A stretch of DNA of 64,000 nt from Gammaproteobacteria bacterium (lineage in GTDB: Bacteria > Pseudomonadota > Gammaproteobacteria > Steroidobacterales > Foliamicaceae): contig CBDATM010000001.1 in the NCBI GenBank assembly GCA_965200225.1, positions 1,819,860 to 1,883,859 of the forward strand, given 5' to 3'. Positions 55,749 through 64,000 of the stretch are shown here, piece after piece. How positions within the stretch are numbered: position 1 is the stretch's first letter; each line of letters starts with the position of its first letter. Below the pieces are notes generated by a model. It ran no database searches and had not been told where the DNA came from. It worked only from the letters and a program-made list of their open reading frames with translations. A program made the position numbers and the translations under genes.

Positions 55749-56753
55749 TCACGGCTGATGGATGAGTTCGAGTTCCAGGATGCCCTGCCCCGTTCGCCAG
55801 ACGCCTTGCGCCTCGTAGTCGCCGGGGCCGCGGGCGGTCTGTCCGCTGGCGGATAGACGCGCCGTTATAGCCAATTCGGACTGTTCGGAAATTTTCGAGC
55901 CGGGGAGCATCGCGTCGGAGTCGCTCAGCCGGATGTCCAGCGGGAAGCGCGCGCCGTCCACGCGCTGTGCGGCCAGAGGCGGACCGGCCTGCCCTGGAAT
56001 GCGGGCCACGATGAACAAGACGGCGCCGGGCGGTGGGGATGCCGGCGGACCGAGGCTCAATCGAAGCTCCACGCTACCTGCTTCGACGATCGCCTCGCGG
56101 CTGTCAACGCGCGCTCCCAGGCGATTCAGTTCGCCCTCCACGATGGCCCGCACCTCGGGCGTAACGGGGCCTTCCAGCATCTTTCTCCAGCGCTGCACGG
56201 CGATTACGTCCTGGCCCGTTGCGCTGGCCCGCAACCCGCCGTACCAGAGCCCCTTGGGGTTGGAAGGGTCCGCCCGCAGCACCTGTTCGACCATTTCGCC
56301 TGCTTGCTGGAGCAACTGCTCGGGATTTCCCAGAATCAGCGCCTCGGCCTTGCCCATGAGCGCATCCAGGTCCCGTCCGCCGGTCAGGTCCAGCACCCTG
56401 TCGAAGGCTTGCACCGCCTCGGAGTACCGCTCCACCTGGGTGTAGGAGACGGCCAGCAGCATCCAGCCCATGGGGTCGTCGGGCGACGCTTCCAGCCGAT
56501 CGCGCAGGGGGCCGATCAGTTCCTCCACGGTGGGAGGCGAACCGCCCTCACCGGACTCAAGGCCGGCATGGGCCCATTCGTAGTTGCTGGATTGCAGGTA
56601 GATCAGCGCCGCCAGGACCGGAATCAGCAGGCAGGACGCGGTCAGCGCCGCGGTGCTGCTTGGTTTGCCACGGTCACGCCACAGCGGCGGAACAACGCAG
56701 GCTAGCGCAGCCACCGACAGAACCATGCAAATTGCAACGAAGCCGGCTGTCAT
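55749..56753 (-). CDS. ccmI: cytochrome c biogenesis protein CcmI (TPR)
   Basis: N-terminal TM helices plus TPR-like region; last gene of the ccm block. Confidence 0.75.
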   Translation of the reverse strand: MTAGFVAICMVLSVAALACVVPPLWRDRGKPSSTAALTASCLLIPVLAALIYLQSSNYEWAHAGLESGEGGSPPTVEELIGPLRDRLEASPDDPMGWMLLAVSYTQVERYSEAVQAFDRVLDLTGGRDLDALMGKAEALILGNPEQLLQQAGEMVEQVLRADPSNPKGLWYGGLRASATGQDVIAVQRWRKMLEGPVTPEVRAIVEGELNRLGARVDSREAIVEAGSVELRLSLGPPASPPPGAVLFIVARIPGQAGPPLAAQRVDGARFPLDIRLSDSDAMLPGSKISEQSELAITARLSASGQTARGPGDYEAQGVWRTGQGILELELIHQP

Positions 56754-56769
56754 GTCTTGTGCCCGGGCA

Positions 56770-57186
56770 CTAGTCGTGTTCAGGGATCGGCATGCCCATG
56801 CGCCGCCGGATGACCAGCGCGATGGCGCCCAGCGCCACAGCCACGATCATGCCGGGGCCGATCCAGAGCAACAGCGTATTGGGCGCAAGCCGGGGGCGGT
56901 ACAGGGCGAAGTCGCCATACCGGTCCAGCAGGAACTGCTTCACATCGCCCTCGCTTGCACCGTCTTCCACCATGCGGCGCAGCTCGCGGCGCATGTCTCT
57001 GGCCAGCGGCGCGTCGGAATCGGCCAGGTTCTGGTTCTGGCAGACCATGCAGCGCACTTCCTCCAGCAGCTTGCGGTAGAGGCTCTGCTGTTCCTCGGTC
57101 TGAAGCGGCGCCTCCGTATCCACGGCAGTGGCGGTTGCCGCCACCAGGGAGAGAGCAGCCACAGCCACTACAGCCACTTTTTTCAT
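56770..57186 (-). CDS. ccmH: cytochrome c-type biogenesis protein CcmH
   Basis: RCMVCQNQNLADSDAPLA (LRCxxCQ motif). Confidence 0.85.
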   Translation of the reverse strand: MKKVAVVAVAALSLVAATATAVDTEAPLQTEEQQSLYRKLLEEVRCMVCQNQNLADSDAPLARDMRRELRRMVEDGASEGDVKQFLLDRYGDFALYRPRLAPNTLLLWIGPGMIVAVALGAIALVIRRRMGMPIPEHD

Positions 57187-57728
57187 TCCGTTCTACCTTC
57201 CAGCACGGGCAGGAACACCTCGGAAAATACCGCCCCGTCGAGCGGACCCACATGCCGATACTGCACGATGCCGTCGGCGTCGATCAGGAAGGTTTCCGGT
57301 GCTCCATAGACGCCCCAGTCGATTCCGGCTCGTCCATCGGCGTCCACGGCAATACTGCGGTAAGGATTGCCCCGTAGCTGAAGCCACTCCGTAGCGTCCT
57401 GGCGCCCGTCCTTCCAGTTGAGCCCGTACAGCGGAGCGCCGGCGCGCCCCAGTGCCATGAGGAACTCATGCTCGATAACGCAGCCGGCGCACCAGCTTGC
57501 CCAGACGTTGAGCATCCAGGGTCCGTCCTCGACGTTCTTCAAGGAGAAAACGGAGTCCGGGTCCAGCAGCCTTGGCAGCGAGAACTCCGGCGCCGGACGG
57601 CCGATCAGCGGCGATGGCACCAGGCTGGGGTCGCGGCCCAGGCTGACGCCGAAGAAATACACCATCACCAGCAGCACTGTGCACGGCAGCAGCAGAACCC
57701 AGCGTATGCGCTTGCGTCCGCCACTCAC
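57183..57728 (-). CDS. ccmG: thiol:disulfide interchange protein DsbE/CcmG
   Basis: WASWCAGC motif, GVYGAPETFLID. Confidence 0.9.
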   Translation of the reverse strand: MSGGRKRIRWVLLLPCTVLLVMVYFFGVSLGRDPSLVPSPLIGRPAPEFSLPRLLDPDSVFSLKNVEDGPWMLNVWASWCAGCVIEHEFLMALGRAGAPLYGLNWKDGRQDATEWLQLRGNPYRSIAVDADGRAGIDWGVYGAPETFLIDADGIVQYRHVGPLDGAVFSEVFLPVLEGRTE

Positions 57729-59704
57729 GACTCTTCGCTCCCGCTTGATGTCGCATTCGGGGCTGCGGTGGGGGTCGCAGTTGGGGTCGCAGGCGCCGGC
57801 GCCCGGTAGCGCCGGTCCGAGATCGCCAGAAGACCGCCCAGCCCCATGATCAGCGCGCCCAGCCAGATGAACCGCACCAGTGGCTTGACCTGCACCCGCA
57901 CGCTCCAGGTGTCCTCGCCCAGCGGCTCGCCCAGCGCCACGAACAGGTCATGCCGCCATCCGGCATCGATTCCGGCCTCGGTCATGGGATTCTGCTGCAC
58001 TTCGTAGACGCGCTTTTGCGGATACAGCGTGGTGACAGGCCGTCCGTCGCGGGACACTCGCACAACGCCCTGCGCAGCCTGGTAATTCGGCCCCTGCACA
58101 TCCTCGATGCGATCAAGCTGAAACTCGTACCCGGACACTTCAAGGCTCTCGCCAAGAGCCAGACTTCGGTCGGTTTCGATCCCCCAGGCCGAAACCACGA
58201 CGATGCCCAGCGTGGTTACACCCAGCCCGCAGTGCGCCACCTGCATGCCCCAGGACGACCGCTTGGGTCTGGGGCCGCGCCGGAGCAGCCAGGCCACCGG
58301 GTCCCGCAGCGCCGCGGCAATTACCCAGGCGGCGATCAGTATCCCGATACCGGTCAATACGCCCGCAAACCCATAAGCCACAAAGCCCAGGACGATTCCG
58401 GCGAGAACGGCCACAGCGGCCGGCACTCTCAGCTTGCGCCCCCAGGCAGCGGTGTCGGTCGCTTTCCACGAAGCATGCATGCCCGCGCCTACCACCAGAA
58501 GCAACGGAAGCATGGGGAGTATGAAGACCAGGTTGAAGTACGGCGGCCCCACCGAGATCTTGCCCATGTCCAGCGCGTCCAGGGCCAGCGGATAGAGCGT
58601 GCCGAAAAGCACCAGCACCGTGGCGGCGCTGAGCAGGACCGTGTTGACCAGCAGCGCGGATTCACGCGAGACCAGTTGGAACCCGGTTTGCGGATTGGTC
58701 GCCGCGTTTCTGAAGGCGTACAGCAGCAGCGCGCTCCCCATCACCACCGCCAGGAACACCAGGATGAACAATCCTCGCGCCGGGTCGCTGGCAAAGGCAT
58801 GCACAGACACCAGCACGCCGGAGCGGACCAGAAAGGTGCCCAGCAGGCTCAAGCCGAAGGCGGCGATCGCCAGCAGTAGCGTGGTGTTGCCGAAAAGCCC
58901 GCGACGCTCGGTAACGGCCAGGGTGTGAATCAGCGCGGTGCCGGCCAGCCAGGGCATGAACGATGCGTTCTCCACCGGGTCCCAGAACCACCATCCGCCC
59001 CAGCCCAGTTCGTAGTAGGCCCACCAACTCCCCAGGGCGATCCCCACCGTCAGGAACATCCAGGCCGCGGTGGTCCAGGGACGGGTCCAGCGCGCCCAGC
59101 GCCGGTCGAGCCGCCCGCTCAGCAAGGCTGCGATTGCGAAAGCGAACGGAACGGCCAGACCCACGTAGCCCATGTAGAGCAACGGCGGGTGCATGGCCAG
59201 GGCGGGATCCTGCAGCAGCGGGTTGAGGTCAGCGCCGTCTGCGGCCGCGGGAAACAGTCTCAGGAAAGGATTGGAGGTAAGCAGGATGAACAGCAGGAAA
59301 CCGATGCTTACCAGGCCCAGCACACCAAGAACCCGCGCCCTGAGCACCTGCGGCAGCGTGCGGCTGGCCAGGGCCACAGCCGCCGTCCAGCCACTCAAGA
59401 TCAGTTGCCAGAGAACCAGCGAGCCTTCATGCGCGCCCCAGATCGCCGCAAAACGATACATGGCCGGCAGTTTCAGATTCGAATGCAGCGCCACGTACTG
59501 GACACTGAAGTCGTGACGGAAAAAGCTGACCGCCAGCATGGCGAACGCCAGCGCGGTGAAGGCAAGCATTCCCAGAGCGCAAGGCCGAGCCATTTCCATC
59601 CAGCGGCCATTGCCCGCGTGCGCTCCCCACAGCGGAAATACGGCCAGCGCAACCGCCAGACACAAGGCGAGCGCCAGACTGATCTGGCCGATTTCAGGAA
59701 TCAT
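57725..59704 (-). CDS. ccmF: cytochrome c heme lyase subunit CcmF
   Basis: WGGWWFWDPVENAS WWD motif; 659 aa; Pro/Thr/Ala repeat tail. Confidence 0.9.
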   Translation of the reverse strand: MIPEIGQISLALALCLAVALAVFPLWGAHAGNGRWMEMARPCALGMLAFTALAFAMLAVSFFRHDFSVQYVALHSNLKLPAMYRFAAIWGAHEGSLVLWQLILSGWTAAVALASRTLPQVLRARVLGVLGLVSIGFLLFILLTSNPFLRLFPAAADGADLNPLLQDPALAMHPPLLYMGYVGLAVPFAFAIAALLSGRLDRRWARWTRPWTTAAWMFLTVGIALGSWWAYYELGWGGWWFWDPVENASFMPWLAGTALIHTLAVTERRGLFGNTTLLLAIAAFGLSLLGTFLVRSGVLVSVHAFASDPARGLFILVFLAVVMGSALLLYAFRNAATNPQTGFQLVSRESALLVNTVLLSAATVLVLFGTLYPLALDALDMGKISVGPPYFNLVFILPMLPLLLVVGAGMHASWKATDTAAWGRKLRVPAAVAVLAGIVLGFVAYGFAGVLTGIGILIAAWVIAAALRDPVAWLLRRGPRPKRSSWGMQVAHCGLGVTTLGIVVVSAWGIETDRSLALGESLEVSGYEFQLDRIEDVQGPNYQAAQGVVRVSRDGRPVTTLYPQKRVYEVQQNPMTEAGIDAGWRHDLFVALGEPLGEDTWSVRVQVKPLVRFIWLGALIMGLGGLLAISDRRYRAPAPATPTATPTAAPNATSSGSEES

Positions 59705-59724
59705 GGCTGGTCTTGCCTGGCGTG

Positions 59725-59810
59725 GTCAGGGGGGAGCGAATGTCGTCAGGGGAGCAAAGCGGATGTTGTCAGCGGAGCAAGGCGGGTGCCGTCAGGGCAG
59801 CGAAGCGTCC
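59725..59810. repeat. degenerate 20-23-bp x4 tandem array between ccmF start and ccmE stop
   Basis: gtcaggggggagcgaatgtc / gtcaggggagcaaagcggatgtt / gtcagcggagcaaggcgggtgcc / gtcagggcagcgaagcgtcc. Confidence 0.75.
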
Positions 59811-60238
59811 GGCGGATGGCCCCGTTCTTCAAGCATTTCCGCGACTTCCGGCGGCATGTAGTTCTCGTCGTGGCGAGCCAGGACTTCGTCAGCTTCGAAC
59901 AGCCCGCCCGTGCCCAACCGGCCGTGGGCGACGACGCCCTGCCCTTCACGGAACAGATCCGGCAGGACGCCCGCATAGGCCACGGTAATGCTGCGGTCCA
60001 GATCGGTCACGTCGAAGCGCACCTCCAGCGATCCGGGCGTACGTCTTACGCTGTCCCGCTCGACCAGTCCGCCGACACGCAACCGCCGCCCGTCAGGCGC
60101 TTCGCCCGCGGCAATCTGCGTGGGCGTGTAGAAATACAGCATGTTCTGCTCGAATGCCGTCAGCACCAGCGCCGTGGCCGCCACCAGGCAGACCAGCCCG
60201 CAACTCATCGCCACCATCCGGTGCCGCCGCGGCGTCAT
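59792..60238 (-). CDS. ccmE: heme chaperone CcmE
   Basis: Start ATG 60238; heme-binding HDENY; N-terminal anchor. Confidence 0.9.
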   Translation of the reverse strand: MTPRRHRMVAMSCGLVCLVAATALVLTAFEQNMLYFYTPTQIAAGEAPDGRRLRVGGLVERDSVRRTPGSLEVRFDVTDLDRSITVAYAGVLPDLFREGQGVVAHGRLGTGGLFEADEVLARHDENYMPPEVAEMLEERGHPPDASLP

Positions 60239-60414
60239 GCGCGCAGCTCCCAGGCACCCTCTTTCGGCGCGGCATTCAGGCGTCGAATGCGGCGATGCAC
60301 GCCACGCAGCCGGCGGCGTGCAGTGAGCATCAATCCCGCCAGAATCGCAAACGACAGCCCCACGCAGGGCCACACGAAGGCAGCGTAGCCGCCCATGGCC
60401 AGAAACTCGCTCAT
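60235..60414 (-). CDS. ccmD: heme exporter protein CcmD
   Basis: 59 aa MSEFLAMGGYAAFVWPCVGLSFAIL...; ATGA overlaps on both sides. Confidence 0.75.
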   Translation of the reverse strand: MSEFLAMGGYAAFVWPCVGLSFAILAGLMLTARRRLRGVHRRIRRLNAAPKEGAWELRA

Positions 60415-61160
60415 GCGCCCACCGCCACCACGTCGCGCACCCAGCGGGCGCCCCGCTCGCGCAACAGCACTTCCGCCCGTGCCCGGGTCAGCGTAACCGC
60501 CAGGGAAAACAGCACCGCCCCCACTATCATGACCAGCAGAGGCCAAAGCATATCCCAGGTGATCGCCGGCGCCGCCAGACGGGAAATGGTCGGCCCCTGG
60601 TGCAGGCTGCTCCACCATTCGACCGAGAACTTGATGATCGGCAGGTTCACCACACCCACAACGGCCAGAATGCCGGCCGCCCGGTCCGCGGTCGAACGCT
60701 CTTCCAGCGAGGCATGCAGCAGCATATAGCCCAGGTAGAGGAAGAACATCACCAGCACGGAGGTCAGCCGCGCATCGCCCCAACTCCAGTACGCGCCCCA
60801 CATGGGCTTGCCCCACAACATGCCGGTGGCCAGCGCAAGTCCGGTGAACGCCAGTCCAACCGGCGCCGCGGCGGCGGCGATGGCGTAGGCCAGCTTCATC
60901 CGCCATACCAGGCCGATGGCCGAGCCGATCGCCATCAGCGCGTAGAGCTGCATCGCCAGGTAGGCGGCCGGGACGTGGAAGTAGATGATGCGGTAGGCAT
61001 CGCCCTGCTGATAGTCTGGCGGCGCCAGCAGCAACCCGCCGAAGGTGCCGACGGCAATGGCCATAATGCCCAATCCGAGCATCCACGGCTCGATACGCGC
61101 CGCAATCCGGTAAAAATGGGGCGGAGAAGCAAGCTTGTGCAGCCAGTTGGGAAGTCGCAT
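60411..61160 (-). CDS. ccmC: heme exporter protein CcmC
   Basis: WGKPMWGAYWSWGDARL tryptophan-rich motif. Confidence 0.9.
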   Translation of the reverse strand: MRLPNWLHKLASPPHFYRIAARIEPWMLGLGIMAIAVGTFGGLLLAPPDYQQGDAYRIIYFHVPAAYLAMQLYALMAIGSAIGLVWRMKLAYAIAAAAAPVGLAFTGLALATGMLWGKPMWGAYWSWGDARLTSVLVMFFLYLGYMLLHASLEERSTADRAAGILAVVGVVNLPIIKFSVEWWSSLHQGPTISRLAAPAITWDMLWPLLVMIVGAVLFSLAVTLTRARAEVLLRERGARWVRDVVAVGA

Positions 61161-61219
61161 CTTGGGCAGCCGGACAGGGTGTGAATCAAGCCAGGTTGAA
61201 CAAGCTATTTTAGCCCGAA

Positions 61220-62535
61220 CTAGAAGTTGAGCTTCACGGCGGCCGCATAAACCGTGCTGGTGTCGTACACGGTCGGATAGGTGTTGCCGTTGCCGAGAGC
61301 CGGGCCGGCGCCGGAGAAGATTGGCGGATCCTCGCCCAGGAGGTTGAGAATGCTGCCGCGGATCTCGACCCGGCCGTCCATAACGAACCAGGTTGCGTTG
61401 ACATCGAAGTAACTGACCGTATCGAACTCCGACTCAAGCGTGTCCGACGGGTTGTCGTTGGCGGTTGAGCCGAAGAAACGCCAGGTTGCGTTCACATCCA
61501 CGTTCCAGGGCGTCGCCCAGTTCGCGATGATGCGGTGACGGTACTCGGGGTTGGGCGGGCCGCATTCGTTTCCGAACAGGCCGGCGCATTCAATCGGGGC
61601 GCCGCCGGGAAATGGAACGGTGTCCAACCGGGCAAGGAGGGTCGCGGCGTAGTCCAGCGTAAACGAGTGGGACCTCACATCGAAATCGTAGACAACCTGG
61701 AGATCGAAGCCAGACGTTTCCAATTCGGCGATGTTGATATTGGTCTGCTGGAAGCCGACGCCAAACGTGCCTCCTGCCAGCGTGCCGGATGCGGACCGCC
61801 GGATCAGCTTGCAGAACGTTGGATCGCCGGTGGCAAGGCAGTTGTCCAGCGTGGTTTGGGCAGGGATGCCGGCCGATACCGCGTCCTCGACGAGAATCGT
61901 GAAGTAATCGAGGCTGATGGACAGGCCGTCGATCAGCGCGAAGATGACGCCGAGGGTTGCCGTATCGGCCGTCTCCGGCTCAAGAAGCGGGTTGCCTCCG
62001 GTCAGAGACTGGGACTGAGCCGCAATCACGTCGAATATCTTGCCGTATTGCTCCGCGGTCACGCCCGTGTTTCGGCACTTCTCGAATGACGCGATGGGCG
62101 CTGGAAGAAGTTGTGCGGGCCGAAGTTGAAGATCTGCGAGGGTCCGCCTTCGTAGGCATTGATGCTGCCGTCCTCATCCTGGAAGGCAGATCCGCCGGGA
62201 CCTGCAAACAGACGGTAGTTCGCCGAGCCCACGCACCCGAAGCCCCCGAAGCTGGTGGATTCGTCTTGGGATTGGCCAAGCACGCACCCGGAGAAAACAC
62301 GACCCGACTGCAAGATGGCTTCGCGGTCCTCGTAGGAAGCGAACAGGGTCGCATTGCCACGCCCATCCGCCGCATTCACGCCTAACATGAGGTGAACGAA
62401 AGTCTCATTCCCATCCCAACTGCTCGCGGGCGCCGACTGACCACCGGCTCGGAGAACCTGTTCCCAAAAGCTGTCGTTGATGGCGTCCGAACCATATACC
62501 GCCGAGGCGCCGCTTCACGAAGGTGGGCGGCTTTC
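61220..62535 (-). pseudogene. TonB-dependent receptor (Oar-like) fragment, 5'-truncated and frameshifted
   Basis: C-terminus ...TVYAAAVKLNF*; upstream ORF LGVNAADGRGNATLFASYEDRE; FVK/GASAVYGSDAI motif split across two frames at ~62515; frame change also at ~62060-62100; no plug or signal peptide. Confidence 0.75.
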
Positions 62536-62546
62536 TCTGCCTGATT

Positions 62547-63212
62547 TCAGTTCGCAGTGGCGCGCAGAGCGGCGCCAGCCGCCCACGGCAACAGGCCAAG
62601 GGCCAACAGTAGAAAGGCCCCCAGCATCATGAGCGGCGCGGCCGCCGGCAGGCCCTCGGCAGCCAGTTCCGTTCCCCGCACGCCGAACAGCAGCACGGGC
62701 AAAGCCAGCGGAAGGACCAGCAGCGCCAGCAATCCCACGCCGCGGCGCAGTCCCGCAGTCAAGGCTGCGGCCACGGTAGCCAGCAGGATCAGCGCCGACG
62801 TTCCCAGCGCCAGGGTTGCCGGAAGAACCAGCAGCGCCGCTCCCTCCATGCCGTAGCTTGCCGCCAGCAGCGGCGACAGCAGCACCAGCGGCAGGCCGAA
62901 AACGCACCAGTTGGCGCCTGCCTTGGCCAGCGCCAGCCAAGCCGGATCGACCGCGCTCAAGAGCATCCTGTCCAGCGTCCCGTCCTCGCGGTCGGGTTGA
63001 AACAACAGCGGCATGGCAAGCAGCATCGACAGGAAGGCCACCACCCAGATCACGGCGGCGCCCCACTGCGCCGGCGGGCCTTGCTCCAGTCCTGCCACGA
63101 TTGAGAACAAGGACGTAGAGATAAGAAAAAAAGCAATATTAATAATTATATGTACCCATTTCTTCAGGTAGACAATAAATTCATACCGGAGCACCGCGAG
63201 CCAGATTCTCAT
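62547..63212 (-). CDS. ccmB: heme exporter protein CcmB
   Basis: Start ATG 63212 (ATGA overlap with ccmA); polytopic; ...LFQPDREDGTLD... Confidence 0.85.
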   Translation of the reverse strand: MRIWLAVLRYEFIVYLKKWVHIIINIAFFLISTSLFSIVAGLEQGPPAQWGAAVIWVVAFLSMLLAMPLLFQPDREDGTLDRMLLSAVDPAWLALAKAGANWCVFGLPLVLLSPLLAASYGMEGAALLVLPATLALGTSALILLATVAAALTAGLRRGVGLLALLVLPLALPVLLFGVRGTELAAEGLPAAAPLMMLGAFLLLALGLLPWAAGAALRATAN

Positions 63213-63823
63213 CGCCTGACCCCAAGAAGCAATTCGGATACCGAACCGCGGAATCGCCAATCCATCCGATGCCCCGCCAACACCGCGCAACCTCCTCCGC
63301 CGAGGTGCGAGTCCAGTTCCCGCTGCAGCCATTCCCTGCCCTGCGCGTCCAGGTTGGCGTCCGGCTCGTCGAGCAACCACAGCGGAGCGCCGGACCCGAT
63401 CAACCCTGCCAGCGCCAGTCGCCGCCGTTGTCCGTACGACAGTTGCGAGGCGGTCCGCTCCTCGACTCCACTCAACCCCGCCTTCCCAAGCAGCTTGCCT
63501 TCACTGGCGTCCGAGCCCGCAAGGCGCAGTGTAAAGGCCAGATTGCGCCGCACGCTCAATTCGGCCTTGAGTCCGTCCTTGTGGCCCAGCCATCCCAGGC
63601 ACCGCAGATAGCGGGCAGGATCGCTCCGAAACGGAACGCCGTTCAGTTCCACGGTTCCGGATTCAAGCGGCAACAATCCGGCCAGTGACCGCAGTAGGGA
63701 GGTCTTGCCGGAACCGTTGGGTCCCTTGAGCAGCAGCAGCGAGCCCGGCGCCAGACTGAAGGACAGTTGATGGAACAGCCGCCGGTCTCCCCTCCAGAGT
63801 GTCAGCTCTTTCGCTTCAAGCAT
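63209..63823 (-). CDS. ccmA: heme ABC exporter ATPase CcmA
   Basis: Walker A GPNGSGKTS, signature LSYGQRRR, Walker B LWLLDEP. Confidence 0.9.
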   Translation of the reverse strand: MLEAKELTLWRGDRRLFHQLSFSLAPGSLLLLKGPNGSGKTSLLRSLAGLLPLESGTVELNGVPFRSDPARYLRCLGWLGHKDGLKAELSVRRNLAFTLRLAGSDASEGKLLGKAGLSGVEERTASQLSYGQRRRLALAGLIGSGAPLWLLDEPDANLDAQGREWLQRELDSHLGGGGCAVLAGHRMDWRFRGSVSELLLGVRR

Positions 63824-63857
63824 TGCCGGAACCAGCGCCGTCCGCAGACTGAGGGGG

Positions 63858-64000
63858 CTAGGCGATTCTCACCAGCAGCTTGCCGAAGTGCTCGCCTCGG
63901 ACTATGGCCTGGATCGCTTCCGGCCCCTCCTTGAGCGAAAATTCGCGGTCGATTACCGCAGAAATGCCATGCTGCGCCAAGTGTTCGCTCAATGCGGCGT
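63858..64000 (-). CDS. 3' end of a medium-chain dehydrogenase/quinone-oxidoreductase-like CDS (partial)
   Basis: ...IDREFSLKEGPEAIQAIVRGEHFGKLLVRIA* typical MDR C-terminus; runs off the window. Confidence 0.5.
   Translation of the reverse strand, partial: AALSEHLAQHGISAVIDREFSLKEGPEAIQAIVRGEHFGKLLVRIA

Noticed and set aside
62405-63066. ORFs 62405..62599 and 62515..63066 (minus) and 62557..62856 (plus) around the ccmB 3' end
   Set aside because: They overlap ccmB or the TBDR relic in other frames. They are Arg/Ala/Gly-rich with no motifs. The FVK segment of the first is explained as a frameshifted piece of the receptor relic.

Overview
GC-rich (about two-thirds G+C by eye) proteobacterial chromosomal window. 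The synteny thrS-infC-rpmI-rplT-pheS-pheT-ihfA-MerR-tRNA-Pro, fabG-acpP-fabF-mltG-tmk-holB-pilZ, a fused aspartokinase/diaminopimelate decarboxylase and an Oar-like TonB-receptor relic suggest a Xanthomonadales/Nevskiales-type gammaproteobacterium (inference). Left to right: an amidase; a form-II CoxG-S-L-M molybdo-hydroxylase cluster with MoxR/VWA maturation genes and a cupin-like ORF; a minus-strand locus of three exported serine-hydrolase paralogues plus a decayed cytochrome c and a frameshifted STAS gene; a Rieske oxygenase alpha/beta, acyl-CoA ligase, SCP2-type thiolase, DUF35-SDR fusion and cyclase cluster; a Spy/CpxP-like protein; the thrS..ihfA housekeeping block; an AI-2E transporter; a GlcD-like oxidase; lysC/lysA fusion and hisE; a partial T2SS module gspG-M; fatty-acid synthesis and cell-envelope housekeeping genes; a GT39 glycosyltransferase; an FNR-type reductase; TlpA plus a BNR propeller; the FAD-oxidoreductase/DUF1365/CFA-synthase cluster; a desaturase; and ccmABCDEFGHI. 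I saw no CRISPR array, integrase, transposase or recognisable defence system. The unusual signals are structural. (1) A family of long hairpin repeats; two copies with exactly reverse-complementary 60-nt cores sit between the oxygenase alpha and beta cistrons. (2) The ccm operon is split after ccmB by a decayed TonB-dependent receptor fragment. (3) Short tandem repeats of 12-36 bp are pervasive, in frame inside at least five CDSs and as degenerate arrays in intergenic regions. (4) Sharply AT-rich 60-90 bp patches lie inside otherwise GC-rich conserved genes. (5) pheT lacks the B2 tRNA-binding domain. (6) Two decayed genes sit in the serine-hydrolase locus. All functional calls rest on motifs read by eye from the supplied translations. 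No database search was run.
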